DNA from: Paracoccus suum
GTDB taxonomy: Bacteria > Pseudomonadota > Alphaproteobacteria > Rhodobacterales > Rhodobacteraceae
Assembly: GCF_003324675.1 (NCBI RefSeq)
Contig: NZ_CP030918.1
Coordinates: forward strand, 2,400,001 to 2,432,000
Direction: 5' to 3'
Length of the DNA stretch: 32,000 nt
The translations under genes were made by a program, and so were the position numbers. The notes under the pieces are model-generated. The model was not told the origin of the DNA and made no database searches. It worked only from the letters and a program-made list of their open reading frames with translations. Below, one piece after another: positions 7,963 through 15,211 of this stretch (positions are counted from its first letter, which is position 1; each line of letters starts with the position of its first letter).

Positions 7963-8390
7963 CAGAACGGGATCTCCGATTGGCTGGCGATCTCGGCCAT
8001 CTCGGCGCGGAACGCCTCCACGGTGGTCACGATCAGCCGGTGCATGTCGTTCTGCGTCAGCTGGGCCAGCGGCCGGTCCCAGCCGATCCGCTCCATCTCG
8101 GGTGCGAGCGCACGCATCACCGCGGGCAGCGCCTGTGTTTCCTCTTCTGTGAAATCGACCATGCTCAATCCTCTTTTAGCTTTGCGGGTGAAGGCCGCCT
8201 GGCAGCCCATCGAGCAGAACCAGCGGCGGGTGCGGTGCCGGCGCGGCCGGTGGGGTTCGGACCAGCCGAAGCCGCGGGTCCGGGATGCGCAGACGGCGCA
8301 GAGCGCCGGGCGCGGATGCCAGAGGCGATCAAAGCCCGGTCGATCCGCAGCCTCTGCGGACGGGGATGGCACTTGCGCGACATGGCTCAC
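7962..8390 (-). CDS. DUF6511-like protein (Cys-pair N-terminus plus helical C-terminus)
   Basis: GTG 8388-8390 overlaps the helicase stop (8387-8389) as GTGA and reads in frame to 7962. CAVCASRTRGFGW...WFCSMGCQAAF followed by MVDFTEEE...IGWDRPL matches my memory of DUF6511. An internal ATG at 8162 with an AAGAGGA RBS is an alternative start giving a 66-aa product. Confidence 0.55.
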   Translation of the reverse strand: MSHVAQVPSPSAEAADRPGFDRLWHPRPALCAVCASRTRGFGWSEPHRPRRHRTRRWFCSMGCQAAFTRKAKRGLSMVDFTEEETQALPAVMRALAPEMERIGWDRPLAQLTQNDMHRLIVTTVEAFRAEMAEIASQSEIPF

Positions 8391-10072
8391 GCCGCCCTCC
8401 GCTCGGGCTCGGCTGCCGTGACGAGGCGCCGGATGTCGCGCTTGTTGAACTGGAACGAGATCAGCGCCGAGGCGCGATAGCGCGTCAGGCCGAAGTCGTG
8501 CCGGCACTCGGGCGGCAGATACTGCAGCTGCTTCTCGGTCGGCGGCTGGCGCAGCCAGGATCGGGTCTTGAAGGCGCTCTCGTCGGTCTCGTGGGTGTTC
8601 AGCCAGTCGTCCGCCTGCGCGAGGCAGACGGTCCTTTCGCCGACGCCCAACAGGTGCGGACGTTCGCCCTTCGCCCCGCCGATCGCGTACCAGACCCCGT
8701 CCAGCCAGAAGATGCCGCCCCAGGCGGTGAAGCCCGTGGCCATCAGCGCGTCGTCCGTGCCGAAGAGGTCGACCCACGCGAAGCTCGACCGCTTCAGCAG
8801 GTCGATCTCGGTCATGATGAAGCCGGAGAGCGGCGCCGTGCCCCCGTCCGTTCCCGCGTCCTCGGGCGGGAACGCTTCGCCGCAGAGCGGGCATTCGCTG
8901 GCGGCGAGCGGGATCTCCGCCTCGCAGGCCGGGCAGGTCTTCGTCGGCGCCTCTCCGGTCTCGGTCTTGCCGTCGAGATCGACATCCTGTTCCAGCGTAC
9001 CGTGGATCAGGCTCGAGGTGCCAAAATCCAGCACGACGCAGTCGGTCTTGACGATGCCGGGATGTTCCTCGGGATCGACGGTGCGCAGGCCGCGCCCCAC
9101 CATCTGGATCATGGTGGACTTGTAGGAACTGGGCCGCAGCAGCACGACGCAGGAAGTGGGCGGATGGTCCCAGCCCTCGGTCAGCACCGCGACATTGACG
9201 ACGACGCGGATGTCGCTGGCCGCATAGCTGGCGAGGATCGCCTTGCGGGTCTCGGCCGCGAGATCGCCATGGATCAGCGCGGCGGAAACGCCCGCCGCAC
9301 TGAACGCCTCGGTGACGTGTTCGGCGTGGGCGACGGTGGAGCAGAACACCACGGTCTGCCGTTCTTCGGACCCCGCCTTTTCCTTCCAGTGGCGGATCAC
9401 CTCGTCGGTGACGGGGGCGCGGTCCATGATCCCCGCGACCTCCGCCATGTCGAAATCCGACATGGTCTTCCGGACCGCGCGCAGCTCGTCCTGCACGCCG
9501 ACATCGATGACGAAGGTGCGCGGCGGCACCAGGTGGCCCGATGCGATCAACTCGCCCAGCCGCACCTGGTCGGCGACATTGTCGAAGACCTCGCGCAGTC
9601 CCTTCCTGTCGCCGCGGTTCGGCGTCGCCGTGACCCCGAAGATGCGGGCGTCGGGATTGGCGTCGCGCACCCGGTCGATGATGCGACGATAGCTGTCGGC
9701 GACGGCATGGTGCGCCTCGTCGATAACCAGCAGGTCGAGGCGCGGCATGTCGGCGAGGTTCGACGCCCGCGCCAGCGTCGGCACCATGGCAAAGGCGACC
9801 TGGCCGCCCCAGGACTTCTCCGTGGCGTCGATCACCGAGGTGGCGACGCCCGGCACCACGCGCTGGAACTTGGCGCGGTTCTGCTCCGTCAGTTCGTCGC
9901 GGTGCGCCAGCACGCAGGCCTTGGCACCGTTGCCGATCATCTCGCCGGTGACCGCCGAGAGCATGATGGTCTTGCCCGCGCCGGTGGGTGCCACGCCCAG
10001 CGTGTTGCCGCGGGAGGCGAGCGCAGCCACGCTGCGCTCGACGAAGGTCTTCTGGCGGGGGCGCAGGCGCAT
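8387..10072 (-). CDS. SF2 DEAD/DEAH-box helicase with internal C4 zinc ribbon
   Basis: APTGAGKT (motif I), VIDEAHH (motif II), GVTATP (motif III), MVGRGLR (motif VI), CPACEAEIPLAASECPLCG zinc ribbon. AAGGGGGA RBS upstream of ATG 10072. Confidence 0.9.
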   Translation of the reverse strand: MRLRPRQKTFVERSVAALASRGNTLGVAPTGAGKTIMLSAVTGEMIGNGAKACVLAHRDELTEQNRAKFQRVVPGVATSVIDATEKSWGGQVAFAMVPTLARASNLADMPRLDLLVIDEAHHAVADSYRRIIDRVRDANPDARIFGVTATPNRGDRKGLREVFDNVADQVRLGELIASGHLVPPRTFVIDVGVQDELRAVRKTMSDFDMAEVAGIMDRAPVTDEVIRHWKEKAGSEERQTVVFCSTVAHAEHVTEAFSAAGVSAALIHGDLAAETRKAILASYAASDIRVVVNVAVLTEGWDHPPTSCVVLLRPSSYKSTMIQMVGRGLRTVDPEEHPGIVKTDCVVLDFGTSSLIHGTLEQDVDLDGKTETGEAPTKTCPACEAEIPLAASECPLCGEAFPPEDAGTDGGTAPLSGFIMTEIDLLKRSSFAWVDLFGTDDALMATGFTAWGGIFWLDGVWYAIGGAKGERPHLLGVGERTVCLAQADDWLNTHETDESAFKTRSWLRQPPTEKQLQYLPPECRHDFGLTRYRASALISFQFNKRDIRRLVTAAEPERRAA

Positions 10073-10086
10073 GGCCGGGATCCCCC

Positions 10087-10716
10087 TTACTGAGCCCAGC
10101 TCGGCCGACCGGCGAACCCCGCACCGGCGTTGGTCGCTGGCTGGTTCGTCCGGGGCGCTGCGGGGGCGGCATGCTGCGATGCCTGACCCTGCGCAGCAGC
10201 GGCGCCGAACTGCAGACCCGCCGCACCCATGACCTGCGCGTAGTCGCGATGGTCGGGCGTGACCGCGCTGCGGATCTCGTTCTTGTCGTCGCCGCTGGCG
10301 TCGGTGCCGATGTCGATGCGGGCGATGAACTCGATCCCGTCGAGATCGGCGAAGCCGCCGATGCGCCGCGCCGCCTGCGCCTCGGCCGACATGTCCTTGT
10401 CGGAAATCCCGCGGGCCGAGTTCAGCATGCCGCGCACGAGGCTGCGGCCCATGTTGGCCCAGTCCGGCCCCTTGGGGCTGTAGAGCCCGATCAGGGTGAA
10501 GATCTTGCGCCGGGCGTACTGGCCTTCGGTCACCGTGAACTCGCCGTTGAGATAGACCGCGCCGGTCGAGCCGCGCGTGGCATAGCCGCCCGTCCAGCCC
10601 TGCGACGGATCGTCGAAGCCGCCCGGGCGAATGGTCAGCCGCACCTTGGCCAGCGTGCCCTTGGGGATCAGGTTGGTGTTGCTCTGCGCGTCGTTGAAAT
10701 CGTTCCAGGAACCCAC
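10087..10716 (-). CDS. DUF669-like protein (putative phage ssDNA-binding partner of the Sak4-like ATPase)
   Basis: GTG start at 10716 with AAGGAGG 6 nt upstream. Sits directly downstream of the AAA_24-type ATPase, as in Sak4/DUF669 modules. Low-complexity Ala/Gly/Gln C-terminal tail. Family assignment is from memory. Confidence 0.55.
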   Translation of the reverse strand: MGSWNDFNDAQSNTNLIPKGTLAKVRLTIRPGGFDDPSQGWTGGYATRGSTGAVYLNGEFTVTEGQYARRKIFTLIGLYSPKGPDWANMGRSLVRGMLNSARGISDKDMSAEAQAARRIGGFADLDGIEFIARIDIGTDASGDDKNEIRSAVTPDHRDYAQVMGAAGLQFGAAAAQGQASQHAAPAAPRTNQPATNAGAGFAGRPSWAQ

Positions 10717-10733
10717 GGGGAACCTCCTTTTGA

Positions 10734-11609
10734 TCAGGATTGCGGTTGGGATTGGGCGTCAGCCGCCGGATCGGCGGGTGGCGGGGTGTAGGTCAGGCGC
10801 TTGGGCGCAGGCGCGACGGGAGCGCGGATCTTGGTCATCAGGCGGCCGAGATGTGGCTCCTCGACCTGATCCAGACGGCCGGAACGGTCCTTGGCCGGGA
10901 AGCCCCAGGGATTGATCGTCTGGCAGACGAAGGCGCGATAAGGATCGCCCCCGTCGGCCTTCAGCTCCGCCATGGTGATCACCTCGTCGACGATCCCCGG
11001 CAGTTCGAGCCCAGTCTTCGAGCCGTCGATCTGCGGCTGGAACACCTTGCGATTGAAGTCGTCGAGCTTCTCGTCGAGGATTCCGACGAACCAGACGTTC
11101 TTGGCCCGCGTGTGCTGCAGATGCGTGAGCCAGCCGATCATCTCGCGGCCATGCAGCCCGTAAGCGCCACGGATGTCGGGCTTGCCGGTCTTCTCCGACA
11201 GCGCCTCGGGCTGGCCCTTGCACCAGCCGAAGCACAGCCGCCCCGCCACGGTGATCGAGTCCACGAAGATCGTGTCGTAGCGGTCCAGCGCCGCCGGATC
11301 GCCGAAGCGGTCGCAGACTGCCCTGTAATGCGCCGGGCTGTAGGGCTGGTCGTCGCGCAGCGCCGGGTTGGGGCCGCCGATGAACACTGCGAAATCCCGG
11401 CATTCCGTCCAGGTCCGCGGCCGGATGCTGTCACCCGCCCAGCCCTCGATGGCGAGATCGCCCGCTTCAAGATCCATGAAGAGGGTCGTCGAGGCGTTCA
11501 GCGTCCAGAGCAGCGATGTTTTCCCGATGCCCGACTTGCCGAAGATGCAGCCCTTGACGCCGCGGGGCTCGGCCAGCCGCTGGTCGGCGCTGATGATGGG
11601 GATGCTCAT
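10734..11609 (-). CDS. Sak4-like AAA (AAA_24) ATPase, RecA-fold recombination/annealing protein
   Basis: Walker A GKSGIGKTS near the N-terminus and Walker B-like IFVDSIT. Size and context are typical of phage Sak4-type ATPases. Confidence 0.8.
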   Translation of the reverse strand: MSIPIISADQRLAEPRGVKGCIFGKSGIGKTSLLWTLNASTTLFMDLEAGDLAIEGWAGDSIRPRTWTECRDFAVFIGGPNPALRDDQPYSPAHYRAVCDRFGDPAALDRYDTIFVDSITVAGRLCFGWCKGQPEALSEKTGKPDIRGAYGLHGREMIGWLTHLQHTRAKNVWFVGILDEKLDDFNRKVFQPQIDGSKTGLELPGIVDEVITMAELKADGGDPYRAFVCQTINPWGFPAKDRSGRLDQVEEPHLGRLMTKIRAPVAPAPKRLTYTPPPADPAADAQSQPQS

Positions 11610-11807
11610 CGATCGCCCCCCTGCGGGACGAAATCGCCCGCCTCGAGATCCATGAACAGCATCGTGGGCGCCTTCAGCGTCCGGAGCAGCGAGGTCTTTC
11701 CGACGCCCGACTTGCCGCAGATGCAGAGCCTGACGCCGCGGGGCTCCGCGTGCCGCTGGTCGGGGCTGATGATGGGAAGGCTCACTGATCGCCCTCCTGC
11801 GGGACGA
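11454..11807. repeat. Tandem duplication, two diverged ~178-nt copies with period 176 bp
   Basis: Copy A (11454-11631) aligns without gaps to copy B (11630-11807) with 28 mismatches by hand count (~84% identity). Each copy holds the last ~7 codons of the upstream gene plus the first ~52 codons of the ATPase gene. Confidence 0.85.
11606..11785 (-). CDS. 59-aa Walker-A-only ORF created by the tandem duplication (truncated ATPase paralogue; may be a gene fragment)
   Basis: GTG 11783-11785 overlaps the upstream stop (GTGA), and its own stop overlaps ATG 11607-11609 (ATGA). Translation: VSLPIISPDQRHAEPRGVRLCICGKSGVGKTSLLRTLKAPTMLFMDLEAGDFVPQGGDR. The full gene begins MSIPIISADQRLAEPRGVKGCIFGKSGIGKTSLLWTL... 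Confidence 0.45.
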   Translation of the reverse strand: MSLPIISPDQRHAEPRGVRLCICGKSGVGKTSLLRTLKAPTMLFMDLEAGDFVPQGGDR

Positions 11808-12315
11808 TCTCGATCTTCAGCGTGCCGGGCCGGACGGTGCGCGCGGGCTCGAAACCGGCCCGGATTGCATCCGGCCAGGCAGCGTATTTGCGCTCGGGCA
11901 CCTTGAAGCCGACGTCGACATACTGGGCCGGATCGTCCCCGGCGGCGCGGATGCGCTCGACCATGGCCGCGAGGCGGTCCTGATCCCAATCCACCCGCTT
12001 CGGCAGGTCGGCAACGATGGTGAAGTCGCCATCGTCGAAGCGGATCGTGCCGGTGTCCTTGCCCGCAGCCTGCCGGATTTCGGCCGCGCGAGTGGCGTAG
12101 CGGGCCGTCAGGGCGCCATCGAGGCGAGCCTTCGCAGCCTTGATCCGCCCCATGCGCGCGTCGACCTCGTGCTGCAGGATGGCCAGCAGTTCGACGGGCA
12201 GCTGGGCGATGTCCTGCAGGCCGAGGCCCGGCAGGTCGTCGACGGTGGGGGTGTTCGCAGGGAACGGCATGTAGGGGTCTCCATGATCGGGAAGGAAGGA
12301 CTGGAAGGCGACCAT
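11782..12315 (-). CDS. hypothetical phage protein (coiled-coil N-terminal half)
   Basis: 177-aa ORF. ATG 12313-12315 overlaps the upstream stop. Protein-like composition. It occupies the position that Gp157-like proteins often hold upstream of Sak4, but I cannot confirm homology. Confidence 0.6.
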   Translation of the reverse strand: MVAFQSFLPDHGDPYMPFPANTPTVDDLPGLGLQDIAQLPVELLAILQHEVDARMGRIKAAKARLDGALTARYATRAAEIRQAAGKDTGTIRFDDGDFTIVADLPKRVDWDQDRLAAMVERIRAAGDDPAQYVDVGFKVPERKYAAWPDAIRAGFEPARTVRPGTLKIEIVPQEGDQ

Positions 12316-12668
12316 CAGGCGACCTCCTGCTCGGCGAGCAGAAGCGCGGAGAGCGAGACGGCTGCGGCCTTCGGCTTGGGCCGGGCGATGGCGATGTAGG
12401 CGAACTGGTCTGGGCCCGAGCGCTCCTGCACCAGGTGCACGAGGCCCTGTTCGGCGGCCCAGAAGGCGCGCGACCCGAGCCGGGCCAGTTCCGCGCGCTG
12501 CTGGTCCGGCAGCCGGGCGAACATCGGGAAGATGTCGAGGGCCAGAAAGCCGCGATGGTATTCCAGCCGGTCGCCCGGCACGGCCTGCGCCACCCAGGCG
12601 CAGAACTCGGTCTCGGTGAGCGGTCGGCGCGCGCGGACCGTGATGAAGGGGGTGGTGCCCATGAACAT
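12315..12668 (-). CDS. hypothetical 117-aa protein
   Basis: Strong AAGGAGGAG RBS ~6 nt upstream of ATG 12668. Protein-like composition. Confidence 0.65.
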   Translation of the reverse strand: MFMGTTPFITVRARRPLTETEFCAWVAQAVPGDRLEYHRGFLALDIFPMFARLPDQQRAELARLGSRAFWAAEQGLVHLVQERSGPDQFAYIAIARPKPKAAAVSLSALLLAEQEVA

Positions 12669-12690
12669 GATCTCCTCCTTTCGCCTCTAC

Positions 12691-13284
12691 TCAGGCCGTC
12701 GCGAGATCGTCCCAGGCGGGACCGAGACCGTGGGCGGTGAGGACGAGGCGGAGATCGGCGAGGCGGCGGTAGAGCGCGGACCGGCTGCCGAAACCCTCAG
12801 CCGCCAGCGCGGTGACGGGGCGATGCGCCAGCGCTGCGCAGAACCGGCGATCCTCAACCGGGAGCCGCGCGAGGGCGACCTGCAGGGCGTGGTGAAGTTC
12901 AGTGACGGCCGTCGCGGAGCAGGTCTGGCCATGCCAGGCGGCAAGCCCGTCCTCCGCGGTCAGGGTATTGCCGACCGGCTCGCGGGTTCCGGCCAGCGGC
13001 ACCTCAAGCGAGAGCATCGTCCCGCCCTGCGCACGGCGCCGGCGGTGATGGCGCATCGCGATCCGCGAGGACTGGTTGCGCAGGACGATGTTGGCGAAAG
13101 CGCCGATCCCGCCGCGCGAGGGGTCGTAGGCCGGCGAGCGGCGCAGGAGATCGATCAGGAGGTCTTGGCCCAGATCCTCGCGCTCGCAGACCGGCAGGCA
13201 CAGCTTGCGCCGCAGCCGTTGTGCCGCCGCATCCGCCTCGCGGATGATGGTTTCAATGTCGTCGGGGGAAAGTTCGATCTGCAT
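12691..13284 (-). CDS. sigma-70 family (ECF-like, regions 2 and 4) factor; first gene of the minus-strand operon
   Basis: DLGQDLLIDLLRR...DPSRG.IGAFANIVLRN resembles region 2. SRSALYRRLADLRLVL is a region-4-like HTH. The size (197 aa) is typical of ECF sigmas. Confidence 0.6.
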   Translation of the reverse strand: MQIELSPDDIETIIREADAAAQRLRRKLCLPVCEREDLGQDLLIDLLRRSPAYDPSRGGIGAFANIVLRNQSSRIAMRHHRRRRAQGGTMLSLEVPLAGTREPVGNTLTAEDGLAAWHGQTCSATAVTELHHALQVALARLPVEDRRFCAALAHRPVTALAAEGFGSRSALYRRLADLRLVLTAHGLGPAWDDLATA

Positions 13285-13549
13285 CGCTGTGCGCCTCGGT
13301 CATCGTTTCTGATGAGCCCAAGGTGCCGGATGCTGTCGGCGCGCAGGTGGGAACGGGGTGGGAATAAGGTGGGGGGTTGGTGGGGCGTCCAGACCTGAGC
13401 GTCAGTTTCTCGTGCAGGTCTCCATCAAAGCCCTTGGCCATCAGCCAAAGGGCAGCACTATTGTAGCGCATGTGCCTTCGGGGCCTACCCGTCGACAGTG
13501 CCACGCAGGTGATGCAACATCGGCATATACTGAGCTGGAAATCGAACGC

Positions 13550-15211
13550 ATGAACTTGAAGCCTCCGCCGGTCGACAAGGGACGAGCCGGCCTCGATGAA
13601 TTTCGCAGGAATGCGAAACTATACGAACTATCGCTTACAAACCGGATGAGCCGAGAGTTCTATCGGGCGGATCTAACGAAGTGGCAAAAGCTCTACGCGA
13701 CCTTGGCTGCAAAACGCGAGCCGGGAAGCAACGCTGCGATCCACTTCGCTTCGCTGTCATCGCTTTGCGGCGATCTGTTGGATCAATATGGGCCCGAGTC
13801 ACCGCCAAAGAAGCGAGCACCAAAGACGACTACGTCGACCCGACTGGTGTATCCCGATTTCCCGGATGAAGTAACTCACAGGCTCCATTTTCTGGAAGGG
13901 CCTGGGGCGCGACGCCAGCGCGCCAATGACCTCGTGTCGCACGCCGCCTTCGTTTTTCGACAAACCTCCAGTACCGGTCGCGTTCTCGTCTCGGTTGGAA
14001 CCCGGCAAGATGATACCAGACTGTTCGAGCGGCTGGTCGAGGCAATTGGAGCGGGTCTGTTTGGTGATCCGGCGAAGTCCGGTTTTGATGCGGCGCGCCA
14101 AAACCCCCAGTGCGCCAGCGATGCGGTAACCCCTCTGGACAGGGTCTGGCAGGACAACAACCAGGCGCGCGGATATAGCTGGCAGGCGCGTGCTTTGGGC
14201 GATCAGTTCCGGGGCGTTGACGGCAAGGGGCTTCCACAAGACCTTCCGGACGTGAAGGACGCGCCCCCTTGGGATCCGGACCCAAAGTGGCAAAATATTC
14301 TGAACTTGACGGAAGCGAACCGACTCCTTGATGCGATGGATTTGGTGGAAGCCATCCCAGGGCGTGATCGTGAGGCGCTTTTGGACGAGGTGATATATCT
14401 GAAATTCCTGACAGATCGCGAAATCCGAGCTGATGACGTGAGGCTGATCGCTCGTAAGTATGCAGCGACGTCGCTCATCGCGGGTCGCCTGCATGACGAG
14501 TTCGAGGCATTTGTGGCCTACTTGGATCAGGAGTTGCAGGACGATCCGCCCGTGCTTTCCAAACTGATTCGATTTGACCCTGACTTTGGCCAAGGGATGA
14601 TCCCTGTGCCGCCTCCCGCGTCGGACTGGCCAGCATACCGTGCATATCAGGCTCAGTTCATCAACTCTACGGCGCCTCGTGGCCGCATCTTCTCAGTAAA
14701 CATCGATGTTGGCTTCGCCAATGTCGAGAGCCTGCTCGCGGGGCATATGGCGCTGGCAGAGGACGCGTTTCGCCGCGATCGATCTATACCGGAGATCGGT
14801 GCGAGCGGGGGGATTTCCGAGCTTGCACTTCTTGACCTTTTCTGTGCGATTTGGCCCAACGCCAAGCACCAATGGCGCCCCTGGTTTCTTGGCCGTCAGT
14901 CGATCGACATATACATTCCCGAGATAAACTTGGCAGTAGAGTATCAAGGCCAGCAGCATTACGAGCCGGTCGCACTGTTTGGCGGCGAGGAAGGCTTCAA
15001 GAACGCACAGGTTCGGGATGAGCGAAAGCGACTGCTACTGAAGGCGAACAGCGTCCGCCTCCTTGAGTGGCGATATGATGCACCGATATCGAGAAAAGCG
15101 CTGATGCTAAAGCTGGCTGACATTGGGATATCTTTGCCACTCGAAGATTGGAGTGAGCTGGCGTCTCAGCCGTCAACCACGATATCCGAAGCGGGGACGC
15201 CAAGCCGATAG
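13550..15211 (+). CDS. 553-aa protein: unrecognised ~450-aa N-terminal region fused to a DUF559/Vsr-like PD-(D/E)XK endonuclease domain
   Basis: C-terminus reads RQSIDIYIPEINLAVEYQGQQHYEPVALFGGEEGFKNAQVRDERKRLLLKANSVRLLEWRY. This fits the D...(E)xQ/K...H...RD..K pattern of the DUF559 / restriction-endonuclease-like fold. First in-frame ATG is used (13550); its RBS is weak, so the start is uncertain. GC is visibly lower than in the flanks. Confidence 0.7.
   Translation: MNLKPPPVDKGRAGLDEFRRNAKLYELSLTNRMSREFYRADLTKWQKLYATLAAKREPGSNAAIHFASLSSLCGDLLDQYGPESPPKKRAPKTTTSTRLVYPDFPDEVTHRLHFLEGPGARRQRANDLVSHAAFVFRQTSSTGRVLVSVGTRQDDTRLFERLVEAIGAGLFGDPAKSGFDAARQNPQCASDAVTPLDRVWQDNNQARGYSWQARALGDQFRGVDGKGLPQDLPDVKDAPPWDPDPKWQNILNLTEANRLLDAMDLVEAIPGRDREALLDEVIYLKFLTDREIRADDVRLIARKYAATSLIAGRLHDEFEAFVAYLDQELQDDPPVLSKLIRFDPDFGQGMIPVPPPASDWPAYRAYQAQFINSTAPRGRIFSVNIDVGFANVESLLAGHMALAEDAFRRDRSIPEIGASGGISELALLDLFCAIWPNAKHQWRPWFLGRQSIDIYIPEINLAVEYQGQQHYEPVALFGGEEGFKNAQVRDERKRLLLKANSVRLLEWRYDAPISRKALMLKLADIGISLPLEDWSELASQPSTTISEAGTPSR

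Noticed and set aside
8165-8383. 72-aa ORF starting at ATG 8383
   Set aside because: Pro/Ala/Arg-rich junk translation. The overlapping frame gives a Cys-pair motif continuous with the downstream conserved domain and a GTGA-coupled start.
7962-10226. 754-aa minus-strand ORF spanning the helicase region
   Set aside because: Only its last 142 codons (from GTG 8390) look like protein. Upstream of that it is an alternative frame of the helicase and DUF669-like genes with junk composition.
11786-11989. Upstream part of the 127-aa ORF 11606-11989
   Set aside because: This Arg/Gly/Pro-rich translation overlaps the 3' end of the 11782-12315 gene. Only the last 59 codons, homologous to the ATPase N-terminus, are plausible.
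13358-13549. Longer start (13358) for the nuclease-fusion gene
   Set aside because: The extra codons cover the G-tract and inverted-repeat region and translate to implausible sequence (MGIRWGVGGASRPE...). The first in-frame ATG at 13550 is preferred, although its RBS is weak, so this start remains uncertain.
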